Source: Rhabdothermincola salaria (GTDB taxonomy: Bacteria > Actinomycetota > Acidimicrobiia > Acidimicrobiales > Acidimicrobilacustridaceae). Taken from it: a stretch of 64,000 bases of DNA. The notes beneath the pieces were generated by a model. It was not told the DNA's origin and made no database searches. It saw only the letters and a program-made list of their open reading frames with translations. The first letter of the stretch is position 1; every line of letters begins with the position of its first letter. The DNA is taken from positions 372,001-436,000 of the forward strand of contig NZ_JAJQXW010000001.1 of NCBI RefSeq assembly GCF_021246445.1, given 5' to 3'. Below, in pieces: positions 45,699 through 54,952 of the stretch. The position numbers were made by a program, and so were the translations under genes.

Positions 45699-46787
45699 AT
45701 GCGCATCGGCGTGGTGTGCCCCTACAGCCTGACCGTGCCCGGAGGGGTGCAGGGCCAGGTGCTGGGCCTGGCGCGCAGCCTGCGGGCCCTCGAGCACGAC
45801 GTGCGGGTCCTCGGCCCGTGCGACGGCCCGCCCCCCGACGCCGGCGTCACGCCGCTCGGCGACAGCATCCCCACCGCGGCCAACGGGTCGATGGCCCCCA
45901 TCGCCCCCGACCCGTCGGCCCAGCTGCGCACCATCCGGGCCCTGCGCGACGAGCGCTTCGACGTCGTCCACCTCCACGAGCCGTTGGCTCCCGGGCCCAC
46001 CCACACGGCGCTGCTGTTCAAGTCCCAGCCGTTGGTCGGCACCTTCCACGCGGCCGGCGAGAGCGCCCCGTACCAGTGGTTGGGCCCGCTGGTGCGATGG
46101 GGGGCCGACAAGCTCGACCTGCGCTGCGCCGTGTCCGCCGATGCCCGGTCCATGGCCGTCGCCGCCCTCGGGGGCCGTTACGCGCTGGTGTTCAACGGGG
46201 TCGAGCTCGAGCACTTCGCCAAGGCCACCCCGACCCCCACCACCGGCCCCACCATCCTCTTCCTCGGCCGCCACGAACCCCGCAAGGGCCTGGCCGTGCT
46301 GCTCGAGGCCATGGCCGAGCTGCCGCCCACGGTCACGCTGTGGGTGGCCGGCGACGGGCCCGAGACCGAGGTGCTGCGCCGGCGGGTCGCCGGCGACGTC
46401 CGCATCGAGTGGTTGGGACGCATCTCCGAAGACGAGAAGGCCGCCCGCCTCCGCGGTGCCGACGTGTTCTGCGCCCCTTCGCTGCGAGGCGAGTCGTTCG
46501 GGGTGGTGTTGCTCGAGGCCATGGCCGCCCACACCCCGGTGGTGGCCAGCGAGCTGCCGGGGTACGCCAACGTGGCCCGCGCCGACCTCGACGGGCTCCT
46601 CGTGCCGCCCGGCGATGCCGTGGCGCTGGCGGCCGCCCTGCGCCGGGTGCTCTCCGAGCCCGCCACCGCCGAGCGCCTGGTCGCCTCGGGCGAAGCCCGG
46701 GCCGCCCACTTCTCCATGGAGCACCTCGCCGAGGTCTACGTCGACCTCTACGAGAGAGTGCTCTGGCGGCGTCGTACCCGCCGGTAG
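45699..46787 (+). CDS. pimA: Phosphatidyl-myo-inositol mannosyltransferase (GT4)
   Basis: MRIGVVCPYS..PGGVQ, HLHEP, EPRKG, GESFGVVLLEAMAA. Confidence 0.9.
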   Translation: MRIGVVCPYSLTVPGGVQGQVLGLARSLRALEHDVRVLGPCDGPPPDAGVTPLGDSIPTAANGSMAPIAPDPSAQLRTIRALRDERFDVVHLHEPLAPGPTHTALLFKSQPLVGTFHAAGESAPYQWLGPLVRWGADKLDLRCAVSADARSMAVAALGGRYALVFNGVELEHFAKATPTPTTGPTILFLGRHEPRKGLAVLLEAMAELPPTVTLWVAGDGPETEVLRRRVAGDVRIEWLGRISEDEKAARLRGADVFCAPSLRGESFGVVLLEAMAAHTPVVASELPGYANVARADLDGLLVPPGDAVALAAALRRVLSEPATAERLVASGEARAAHFSMEHLAEVYVDLYERVLWRRRTRR

Positions 46788-46827
46788 CATCACGGCGTCC
46801 CGACGACCCCACGAGGCCCACCCGACC

Positions 46828-47628
46828 GTGAGCACCCCGCAGACCGCCCCCGCGCCCACCCGTTCCTGGCTGGTCACGGTCGCCACCATCCCCGCCGTCG
46901 CCCTCGGGCTCGTCGCCACGGCCGTGCTCACCGTGGTGCTGTCCTGGATCGGCCTGGTGATCGGCCTGGTCGCCACCGTCGCCCTCGGGGCCTGGGCCGC
47001 CAGCCGGGCCGCGGCCGACCCCACCCAGAACGTGCTGGCCGGGTTGGGGGCGCGCCCCGCCGACCCCGACGCCCACGCTCGCCTGGTGAACCTGGTCGAG
47101 GGCCTCAGCGTCTCCGGCGGCATCGCCACCCCCACCCTGCACGTGGTCGAGGACACCGGGGCCAACCTCATGGTCCTCGGTGTCGACGACCACCACGCCC
47201 ACCTCGTGGTCACCACCGGCCTGCTCGAGCACCTCGAACGCATCGAGCTCGAGGGCGTGCTGGCCCGGGCCGTCACCCAGATCCGCCGGGGCGACCTGGC
47301 CGCCTCCACCACCGCCGTCGAGGTGCTCACCGGCAGCGGTGCGGGCGCCGCGCTGTTGGCCAAGCCGGTGGCCGGCGTGCTCGCCGGTCGCCTCGAGCGG
47401 GCCGTGTCCCCCGACGACGACGTGCTCCTCGACCGTGACGCCGTCACCCTCACCCGCTACCCGCCCGGTCTGTGCGCCGCCCTGCGCAAGCTCGACGCCG
47501 TCTCCACCCAGGTGCACCACCCCGTCGGGGCCACCGCGGCGTTGTGGCTGGCCGACCCCACCGGGAACGCCTCCGACTCCGCTCGGCCCCCGCTGGCCGA
47601 CCGGGCCGACGCCTTGGAGCTGCTGTGA
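46828..47628 (+). CDS. HtpX/M48-like membrane protein lacking the HExxH motif
   Basis: N-terminal TMs, RLVNLVEGLS, VVTTGLL, ELEGVLA, LTRYPPGLCAALRKL match the HtpX scaffold; HExxH position reads RAVTQ. Confidence 0.7.
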   Translation: MSTPQTAPAPTRSWLVTVATIPAVALGLVATAVLTVVLSWIGLVIGLVATVALGAWAASRAAADPTQNVLAGLGARPADPDAHARLVNLVEGLSVSGGIATPTLHVVEDTGANLMVLGVDDHHAHLVVTTGLLEHLERIELEGVLARAVTQIRRGDLAASTTAVEVLTGSGAGAALLAKPVAGVLAGRLERAVSPDDDVLLDRDAVTLTRYPPGLCAALRKLDAVSTQVHHPVGATAALWLADPTGNASDSARPPLADRADALELL

Positions 47629-48752
47629 ACCTGCGCATCGGAGCCATCGCGGCCGCCGTCCTCGCCGTGATCGGCGCCGTCGTGGTGTTCGTCTTCGTCC
47701 TGGGTTCCGACGACGAACAGGTGGCCCCCACCACCACCACGACCACGACCATCCCCACCACGACCACCGAGCCACCCCCGCCGGTGCGCTCACCGCTGAC
47801 CGGCCTGCCCACCGACGACCCGGTGGGTGAGCTGCACCCGGCCGTCACCGTGAAGATGGACAACAGCCCCGATGCCCGGCCGCAGTCGGGGATCAACGAC
47901 GCCGACATCGTCTACGAGATGAAGGTCGAGGGGATCACCCGCTTCGGTGTGGTCTTCCACTCCCGGATCGTCGACGGCGTGGGTCCCGTGCGGTCGGCCC
48001 GCTCCAGCGACATCGACCTGGTGGCCGACCTGTCACGGCCCCTCTTCGTGTGGTCGGGGGGCAACGCCGGCGTCACCGGCGAGGTCCTGCAGGCCGCCCG
48101 CGAGGACGTGCTCACCAACGCGTCCTTCGACGCCGCCGAAGGCTTCTACTACCGATCGAGCGAGCGGCGGTCCCCGCACAACCTGTACGTCAACCTGGTG
48201 CCCCTCGTGGCCGAGCGCTCCCCGGAGGGCCAGTGGGGGCCGGCGCCGCTGTTCGAGTACCGGGTCGCCGAGACCGAGCCTCACCCGGTCCCCGCCGAGG
48301 CCGTCCCGGTGGCCGGCGTCAGCGTCGACTTCGGTCTGCGCCAGGTGGTGGACTACGTCTGGGACGCCGAGCGAGAGGGCTGGAACCGCTACCAGGTCGA
48401 CACCCGCCACGCCCGCGAGAACTCGGCGGCCGTCGACCAGGACGGTCGGCAGGTGGCCCCCGCCAACGTGGTGATCCAGTGGGTCGAGTACGGCGTGAGC
48501 GCGGCCGACAGCCGTTCGCCGCGCGCCATCACGGTGGGCGAGGGCGACGCGCTGGTCCTCACCGCCGGCCAGGCCATCCCGGGGCGCTGGAGCCGGCCGA
48601 CCCGCGACCAGCCGGCCCGCTTCACCGACGCTGCCGGCCAGCCGATCCTGCTGACGCCGGGGGCCACGTGGGTGGCCCTGCCCGAGGCCGGCACCCCCGC
48701 GCCGTACCTCGATCAGCCCACCGCCGACGCCCTCCTGGCCGTGCGCCGCTGA
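47625..48752 (+). CDS. DUF3048 (YerB-like) membrane-anchored protein
   Basis: SPLTGLP, VKMDN...ARPQSG, VEGITRF, GPVRSAR, PHNLY; Thr-rich linker; GTGA overlap. Confidence 0.85.
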   Translation: MNLRIGAIAAAVLAVIGAVVVFVFVLGSDDEQVAPTTTTTTTIPTTTTEPPPPVRSPLTGLPTDDPVGELHPAVTVKMDNSPDARPQSGINDADIVYEMKVEGITRFGVVFHSRIVDGVGPVRSARSSDIDLVADLSRPLFVWSGGNAGVTGEVLQAAREDVLTNASFDAAEGFYYRSSERRSPHNLYVNLVPLVAERSPEGQWGPAPLFEYRVAETEPHPVPAEAVPVAGVSVDFGLRQVVDYVWDAEREGWNRYQVDTRHARENSAAVDQDGRQVAPANVVIQWVEYGVSAADSRSPRAITVGEGDALVLTAGQAIPGRWSRPTRDQPARFTDAAGQPILLTPGATWVALPEAGTPAPYLDQPTADALLAVRR

Positions 48753-48827
48753 GACGTCGGGCACGTCGGCCTCGAGGCGGCGCGTTCGCTTCGTGGCCGG
48801 GGCCTCGCCGGTCGTACACTCAGCGGC

Positions 48828-49736
48828 ATGGCTGATCAGTTCTCCGAAGGTCTCGTGGCGCGTGAGACGGGCACCCAGCTCGTGAAGCGAGGCCTGGCCG
48901 AGATGCTCAAGGGCGGCGTCATCATGGACGTCGTCGACCCCGAACAGGCCCGCATCGCCGAAGACGCCGGCGCGGTGGCCGTGATGGCCCTCGAGCGGGT
49001 GCCGTCCGACATCCGTCGCGACGGCGGGGTGGCCCGCATGAGCGACCCGGAGATGATCGAGGGCATCAAGGAGGTCACCACCGTCCCGGTGATGGCCAAG
49101 GCTCGCATCGGGCACTTCGTCGAGGCCCAGATCCTCCAGGCCCTCGGCGTCGACTACGTCGACGAGTCCGAGGTGCTGACCCCCGCCGACGAGGCCCACC
49201 ACATCGACAAGTGGGCCTTCACCGTGCCCTTCGTCTGCGGCGCCACCAACCTGGGAGAGGCGCTGCGCCGCATCTCCGAGGGCGCCTGCATGATCCGCTC
49301 CAAGGGCGAGGCCGGCACCGGCAACATCGTGGAGGCGGTGCGCCACCTGCGCTCGATCCTCGGCGACATCCGCAAGATCAGCCAGGCCGACTCCGCCGAG
49401 CTGTTCGGGTGGGCCAAGCAGCTGCAGGCCCCCATCCCGCTCGTGCAGGAGATCGCCGAGACCGGCGCGCTGCCGGTGCCCATGTTCTGCGCCGGTGGCA
49501 TCGCCACCCCGGCCGACGCCGCCCTGGTGATGCAGCTCGGCGCCGAGGCCGTGTTCGTCGGCTCGGGCATCTTCAAGAGCGACGACCCCGCCGGTCGGGC
49601 CAAGGCCATCGTGGAGGCCACCACCAACTTCCGCGACGCCGACATCCTGGCCAAGGTCAGCCGCGGCATCGGTGGGGCCATGCCCGGCCTCGAGATCAGC
49701 GGCCTCGAGACCACCTTCGCCGAGCGCGGCTGGTGA
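48828..49736 (+). CDS. pdxS: Pyridoxal 5'-phosphate synthase lyase subunit
   Basis: [37 protein letters not shown]. Confidence 0.98.
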   Translation: MADQFSEGLVARETGTQLVKRGLAEMLKGGVIMDVVDPEQARIAEDAGAVAVMALERVPSDIRRDGGVARMSDPEMIEGIKEVTTVPVMAKARIGHFVEAQILQALGVDYVDESEVLTPADEAHHIDKWAFTVPFVCGATNLGEALRRISEGACMIRSKGEAGTGNIVEAVRHLRSILGDIRKISQADSAELFGWAKQLQAPIPLVQEIAETGALPVPMFCAGGIATPADAALVMQLGAEAVFVGSGIFKSDDPAGRAKAIVEATTNFRDADILAKVSRGIGGAMPGLEISGLETTFAERGW

Positions 49737-49812
49737 CCGGCCCCGCCGCTCCCGTTCGCCACCGGCAGTAGGGTCGCCCCCGTGCCGTCGTCCCCGCCAT
49801 CGGAGCCCCCAG

Positions 49813-50397
49813 GTGCCGGCTGTCGTCGGCGTGCTCGCCCTGCAGGGCGCGGTGGGCCTGCACGCCCGTGCCCTCCAGCGCCTGGGCTCGTCGGTGCGCG
49901 AGGTGCGCACCGCCGCTGACCTCGACGCCGTCGACGCGCTGGTCGTGCCCGGCGGCGAGTCGACCACCATGTCCAAGCTGCTCGAGGCCAACGGGCTCTT
50001 CGATCCGCTGGCCACCCGGCTGGCCGAAGGCATGCCCGCCCTCGGCACCTGTGCCGGCATGATCCTGCTGGCCGCCGACGTCCTCGACGGTCGCGCCGAC
50101 CAGCGCTGCCTCGGCGCCATCGACATCGACGTGCGCCGCAACGCCTTCGGCCGCCAGGTCGACTCCTTCGAGACCGACCTGCAGGTCATCGGGCTCGACG
50201 AGGCGCCGGTGCACGCCGTGTTCATCCGCGCCCCGGTCGTCGACCGGGTGGGCTCCGAGGTCGAGGTGCTGGCCGAGGTCGAGACCCGTCCCGTCGCCTG
50301 CCGCCAGGGCCCGGTCATGGTCACCGCGTTCCACCCCGAGCTCTCCTCGGACCTGCGCATCCACGAACTGTTCGTCTCCCGGGTGCTGGCCGCGTGA
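49813..50397 (+). CDS. pdxT: Pyridoxal 5'-phosphate synthase glutaminase subunit
   Basis: GVLALQG, PGGEST, GTCAG, RNAFGRQ, FHPE. Confidence 0.96.
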   Translation: MPAVVGVLALQGAVGLHARALQRLGSSVREVRTAADLDAVDALVVPGGESTTMSKLLEANGLFDPLATRLAEGMPALGTCAGMILLAADVLDGRADQRCLGAIDIDVRRNAFGRQVDSFETDLQVIGLDEAPVHAVFIRAPVVDRVGSEVEVLAEVETRPVACRQGPVMVTAFHPELSSDLRIHELFVSRVLAA

Positions 50398-50440
50398 GCA
50401 CGCGCCCTCATCCGCTCCACCAGCCACAAAGGGGAACCTG

Positions 50441-51190
50441 ATGTCCGGCCACTCCAAATGGGCGACCATCAAGCACAAGAAGGGCGCGGCCGACAAGGCG
50501 CGCGGCAAGCTCTTCGCCAAGCTGATCCGCCAGGTCGAGGTCGCGGCGCGCGAGGGGGGCGGCGACACGGACATGAACCCGACCCTGCGCACCATGTACC
50601 AGAAGGCCCGGGATGCGTCGGTGCCGCTCGACACCATCGAACGGGCCATCAAGCGGGGCACCGGTGAGCTCGAAGGGGTCACCTACGAGCAGATCACCTA
50701 CGAGGGCTACGCCCCCAACGGGGTGGCCGTGCTCATCGAGGTGCTCACCGACAACCGCAACCGCACCGGCGGCGACGTGCGCTCGCTGCTCAAGAAGACC
50801 GGCGGCTCCATCGCCGAGCCCGGCGCCGTGGCCTGGCAGTTCGAGCGCAAGGGCGTGGTGGTCATCCCCGGGTCCGTGGCCGAGGACGACATCATGCTGG
50901 CCGCCCTCGACGCCGGCGCCGAGGACATCGGCGACGAGGGTGACACGTGGCGTCTCACCTGCGCGGCGTCAGATCTGCCGGCGGTGCGCAGCGCCCTCGA
51001 GGGCGCCGACATCCCGTTCGACTCGGCCGACGTCACCATGGTGTCGAGCACCACGATCCCCCTCGAGACGCCCGAGGCGGCCAAGGCGGTGCTCAAGGTG
51101 ATCGACGCCCTCGAGGAGAACGACGACGTCCAGGACGTGTACGCCAACTTCGACATCCCCGACGAGTTGCTCCAGTCGCTCGAGGCCTGA
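50441..51190 (+). CDS. yebC: YebC/PmpR family protein
   Basis: MSGHSKWATIKHKK, YEGY, TDNRNRT, DDVQDVYAN. Confidence 0.96.
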   Translation: MSGHSKWATIKHKKGAADKARGKLFAKLIRQVEVAAREGGGDTDMNPTLRTMYQKARDASVPLDTIERAIKRGTGELEGVTYEQITYEGYAPNGVAVLIEVLTDNRNRTGGDVRSLLKKTGGSIAEPGAVAWQFERKGVVVIPGSVAEDDIMLAALDAGAEDIGDEGDTWRLTCAASDLPAVRSALEGADIPFDSADVTMVSSTTIPLETPEAAKAVLKVIDALEENDDVQDVYANFDIPDELLQSLEA

Positions 51191-51195
51191 GCCCG

Positions 51196-51672
51196 GTGAC
51201 GTTGCGGGCCGGGGCCGAGGCCCCGGACTTCTCCCTCGAGGGCACCGACGGGACGCCCGAAGGCCGTCGCCGCTACTCACTCGGCGAGCTCGGCGGTGCC
51301 CCGGTGGTGCTGGTGTTCTACCCGGCCGACAACTCGCCGGTCTGCACCGTGCAGCTCAACACCTACTCGGCCGACATCGGGCGCTTCGCCGACGTCGGCG
51401 CCCAGGTGCTGGCCATCAGCCCGCAGTCGGTCCAGGACCACGAGCGCTTCGCGGCCGATCACGGACCCTTCGCCTTCCCGCTGCTGTCCGACACGGGCAA
51501 GGACGTCGGCCGGGCCTACGGCATCCTCGGCCCGGTGGGCTTCTACCGGCGTTCGATCTTCGTGGTCGACGCCCTGGGGGTGGTGCGGTGGTCGCACCGG
51601 GCCACGGCCGGGCTCACCTTCCGCCCCGTCGACGAGATCGTCGACGTGGTCGCCGACCTGCGTTCGTCGTAG
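51196..51672 (+). CDS. Peroxiredoxin (BCP/AhpC-TSA family, single Cys)
   Basis: APDFSL, FYPADNSPVCT, FPLLSD. Confidence 0.88.
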   Translation: MTLRAGAEAPDFSLEGTDGTPEGRRRYSLGELGGAPVVLVFYPADNSPVCTVQLNTYSADIGRFADVGAQVLAISPQSVQDHERFAADHGPFAFPLLSDTGKDVGRAYGILGPVGFYRRSIFVVDALGVVRWSHRATAGLTFRPVDEIVDVVADLRSS

Positions 51673-51681
51673 CCGGCCCGG

Positions 51682-52566
51682 TCACTGCTCGTTGGCCACG
51701 CCGAGCAACCGCGCCCGGGTGAGGGACCGGAAGCCGGTGGCCAACGACAAGAGGGCGATCACCCACGCCACCGCGCCGATCACGAGCGCCAGCAGCGGCG
51801 TGCCCGAGCCCAGCAACGCGCCGGTGGACTGGCCGTAGGCGATGAGGATCAGCGGGAAGGTCACCAGCCCGGAGGCCTGTTGGGCGGCCGCGGTCGACTT
51901 CACCCGGGCCGAGAGGCGCAGCACGAGCGACAAGGCGATGGCCAGGAACGGCGGCAGCACCCACAAGATGAGCAGCCACCACGAGGTGGTGGGGAAGAAC
52001 CAGCCGCCGACCTTGCGCCCCACCAGCAGGTTCACCATGACCGAGTAGATCCCGAAGCCGACGATGGTGGTCACGTAGCCGGGGATGAGGCTGGCGATCA
52101 GCTTGCCCATGTAGATCTCGCGCACGTCGGCGGGCGAGTGGGCGAGGAACTCGCCGGTGCCTCGCTCGCGCTCGCCCACGATCGTCGCCGCGCCGACGGC
52201 GGTGGAGATGGTGAGCGGCACCACCACGGCGATGGGGGCGAACAGGTACACGGCGAGGACGTAGCCCACCTGGGTGGAGGGATCGACGTCCTGGGGCACG
52301 GCCTGCTGGGCGGACTGGGGGAGCAGCTCGAGCGCCTGGGACACCTGCTGGATGGCGCTCACGTTGCCGATGCTGGTGATGATCGACAACAGGAACGCCG
52401 GCACGATCAGGAAGAAGAAGCCGCCCAACAGCAGCATCGGCACCCAGAAGTCCTTGGACTCCACCAGCTGGCGCAGGTCGGTGCGCATGACCGTGAACAT
52501 GCGCGCCGTGTTGATCCGGCGACGGGTCCGGGTGGGCGCGGCGGAGGCGGAGGCGGAGGCCGTCAT
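51682..52566 (-). CDS. ABC-2 type exporter permease
   Basis: About 6 TM helices, IVGERERGTGEFLAHSP and GK motif; overlaps the ATPase stop. Confidence 0.85.
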   Translation of the reverse strand: MTASASASAAPTRTRRRINTARMFTVMRTDLRQLVESKDFWVPMLLLGGFFFLIVPAFLLSIITSIGNVSAIQQVSQALELLPQSAQQAVPQDVDPSTQVGYVLAVYLFAPIAVVVPLTISTAVGAATIVGERERGTGEFLAHSPADVREIYMGKLIASLIPGYVTTIVGFGIYSVMVNLLVGRKVGGWFFPTTSWWLLILWVLPPFLAIALSLVLRLSARVKSTAAAQQASGLVTFPLILIAYGQSTGALLGSGTPLLALVIGAVAWVIALLSLATGFRSLTRARLLGVANEQ

Positions 52567-53708
52567 CGCCCGTCCTCCTCGGCCAGGTCGATGCGGGTGC
52601 GCGGTGGCGGTGGGGCCGCGGGAGCAGTGCCCTCGTGGGGGGCGAGCACCGGGGCCAGGCCGGCCGCGGCCGACGACCGGCCCTCCGCCGCCAGGCGCTC
52701 CCGGTGGTCGCGGCGCACGGCGAAGTAGAGGTCCTCGAGCGTGGGGTCGTGCGGCTCGACCCGGGTGAGGCGCACGCCGTGGGCGACCAGGCGGGCGATC
52801 AGGTCGGGGAGCCGGGTCAGGTCGTCCAGTTGGACCTCGGCCACCCCGGGGCGGCCGTCGGCGTCGGGCCGGTACGCCAGCACCCCGTCGGACCCCTCGA
52901 GCCCGTCGAGCGAGCGGGGGTCCTCGGCGGCGAGGTGGACCAGGTTCGGGGGCCAGTAGAGCCCGGTGAGCTCGGCCTGGGTGCCGGCCAGCAGGTCGGT
53001 GCCGGCGTCGAGCACCACGATCCGGTCGGCCAGGCCTTCGGCCTCGATCAGCAGGTGGGTGCACATCACCACGGTGCGGCCTCCGGCGGTCATCTCCCGG
53101 ATGAGCTCCAGCACCGCGTGCGACGACTCCGGGTCGAGGCCCGAGGTGGGCTCGTCGAAGAGCAACAGGTCGGGGTCGTGGAGCACCGAGCGGGCCAGGG
53201 CCAGGCGGGTCTTCATGCCGGTCGAGTAGCCACCCACCTGCTGGTCGAGGGCATCGACGATGCCGAAACGGTCGGCCGCGTCGTGGATCGGCCCGTCGGC
53301 CTTGCGTCCGAGGCCGTAGAGCTCGGCGGCGTACTGCAGGTTGGCCCGGCCGGACAGGCGGTCGTAGAGCGCGGGCTTGGCCGAGACCACGCCGCAGCGG
53401 CGGCGGATCTCCTCGCCGTCGACGAGCGGGTCGAGGCCGAACACTCGCACGTCGCCGTCGTCGGGTTCGAGCGCACCGGTGATGACCCGGATGGCGGTGG
53501 TCTTGCCGGCACCGTTGGGTCCCAACAGCACGGTGATCTGCCCGGTGGGAACGCGGAGGTCGAGGTCGGCGAGGGCCGGCACGGCGCCGAAGCGGCGGCC
53601 CACCCCGCGCAGCTCCACGGCGGATCCCGGGTCGGGAGTCGGTGGGGGAGCGGTGGGCACGGCAGTGGTGGCGGCCGCAGCCGTCGTGGAGGTCACAGGA
53701 TGTGTCAT
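52563..53708 (-). CDS. ABC-2 type exporter ATP-binding protein
   Basis: GPNGAGKT, YSTGMK, FDEPTSGLD, PTLEDLYF. Confidence 0.92.
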   Translation of the reverse strand: MTHPVTSTTAAAATTAVPTAPPPTPDPGSAVELRGVGRRFGAVPALADLDLRVPTGQITVLLGPNGAGKTTAIRVITGALEPDDGDVRVFGLDPLVDGEEIRRRCGVVSAKPALYDRLSGRANLQYAAELYGLGRKADGPIHDAADRFGIVDALDQQVGGYSTGMKTRLALARSVLHDPDLLLFDEPTSGLDPESSHAVLELIREMTAGGRTVVMCTHLLIEAEGLADRIVVLDAGTDLLAGTQAELTGLYWPPNLVHLAAEDPRSLDGLEGSDGVLAYRPDADGRPGVAEVQLDDLTRLPDLIARLVAHGVRLTRVEPHDPTLEDLYFAVRRDHRERLAAEGRSSAAAGLAPVLAPHEGTAPAAPPPPRTRIDLAEEDGR

Positions 53709-53790
53709 CGGCAGATCGGGGCCTCGGGCTGAGCGTCGTCCTCCGGTGCAACGGGGGATCCGCCGCGCTGCTTCCCCGCCTGGCTAACCT

Positions 53791-53804
53791 CGTACGGGTG
53801 TTCG
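53791..53804. promoter_or_regulatory. LexA-like box (1 mismatch) overlapping the ruvC start
   Basis: CGTAC-GGGT-GTTCG directly after the TAACCT -10 (53785-53790). Confidence 0.55.
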
Positions 53805-54325
53805 TGCTCGGCATCGATCCTGGTCTCTCGCGCTGCGGGTACTGCGTCCTCGAGGCGCGCCCGGCCGGACGTGGGGCGGCCGGAGGCGGCGCCCGGGCCC
53901 GGGCCCTGGGCGTCATCACCACCCCGCCGTCGGCGCCCGTGCACCTGCGCCTGGCCGAGCTCCAGCTCGAGCTGCGCGACCTCATCGCCGAGCACCGGCC
54001 GGCGGCCGTGGCCGTCGAGCGGGTGCTGTTCCAGGTGAACGTGCGCACGGCCATGTCGGTCGGCCAGGCCAGCGGCATCGCCATGACCGAAGCGGTGGCC
54101 GCCGGTTGCGACGTCGTCGAGTACTCCCCGAACGAGGTCAAGATGGCGGTCACCGGATGGGGAGGTGCCGACAAGATGCAGGTCCAACAGATGGTGCAGA
54201 CCCTGCTCGGGCTGCCGGAGCTGCCCCATCCGCCCGACGCCGCCGACGCCGCCGCCCTGGCCCTGTGCCACCTGGCCATGGCCCCGCTGCGGGCGGCCGC
54301 CGTCGCCTCGGGAGGTGCGTCGTGA
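53798..54325 (+). CDS. ruvC: Holliday junction endodeoxyribonuclease
   Basis: LGIDPG, AVER, KMAVTG...ADK, DAADAAALA. Confidence 0.95.
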   Translation: MFVLGIDPGLSRCGYCVLEARPAGRGAAGGGARARALGVITTPPSAPVHLRLAELQLELRDLIAEHRPAAVAVERVLFQVNVRTAMSVGQASGIAMTEAVAAGCDVVEYSPNEVKMAVTGWGGADKMQVQQMVQTLLGLPELPHPPDAADAAALALCHLAMAPLRAAAVASGGAS

Positions 54326-54936
54326 TCGGATCGCTGCGCGGCACCCTGCTCGAACGCTGGCCCAGCGGCGAGATCCTCGTCGAGGTCGCCGGCGTCGGCT
54401 ACCGGCTCACCGTGTCGGCCGCCACCGCGCTCGACGTCGGCGAGCTCGGCACCGAGGTCTTCGTCTACGTCCACCACCACCGCCGAGAGGACGTCGAGAC
54501 CCTCTACGGGTTCTGCCGCGGCGAGGAGCGCCTGGCCTTCGAGGCCCTGCTCGGGGCTCACGGCGTGGGCCCGTCGTTGGCGTTGGCCATCCTCTCGGTG
54601 CACCCGCCGGCGGCGTTGCAACGGGTGCTGGCCTCCGACGACCTCGCCGCCCTCTGCCTGGTGCCCGGCGTGGGCAAGAAGACCGCCGCCCGGCTGTTGG
54701 TCGAGCTCAAGTCCCGCCTCGAGATCCCCGGCCTCGACACCGCCGCCACCGCCGCCACCGACACGGGCGCGCCGGCGGCCACGGCCGCCAGCCCCCACGC
54801 CGACGTGCGCGATGCGCTGGCCAACCTGGGCTACGGCAACGAGGAGGTCGCCGGCGTGCTGCGCGAGCTGCCCGACGACGGCGACGACTCCGCCGAGCTG
54901 TTGCGCCTGGCCCTGCAGAAGCTGGCGGTGGCCTGA
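54322..54936 (+). CDS. ruvA: Holliday junction branch migration protein
   Basis: [32 protein letters not shown]. Confidence 0.96.
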   Translation: MIGSLRGTLLERWPSGEILVEVAGVGYRLTVSAATALDVGELGTEVFVYVHHHRREDVETLYGFCRGEERLAFEALLGAHGVGPSLALAILSVHPPAALQRVLASDDLAALCLVPGVGKKTAARLLVELKSRLEIPGLDTAATAATDTGAPAATAASPHADVRDALANLGYGNEEVAGVLRELPDDGDDSAELLRLALQKLAVA

Positions 54937-54952
54937 TGCGAGGAGACCGCTG

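Noticed and set aside
44400..47453. Very long antisense or alternate-frame ORFs (e.g. 44400-47453, 23168-25489, 36945-38951, 48033-50429, 19472-21406)
   Set aside because: They shadow well-recognised genes, which is expected in high-GC DNA with few stop codons, and show no motifs.
49769..49815. TAGGGT hexamer with out-of-frame GTG 49782, suggesting a frameshift in the C5 run before pdxT
   Set aside because: GTG 49813 has its own GGAG SD at normal spacing and gives a complete PdxT, so no frameshift is needed.
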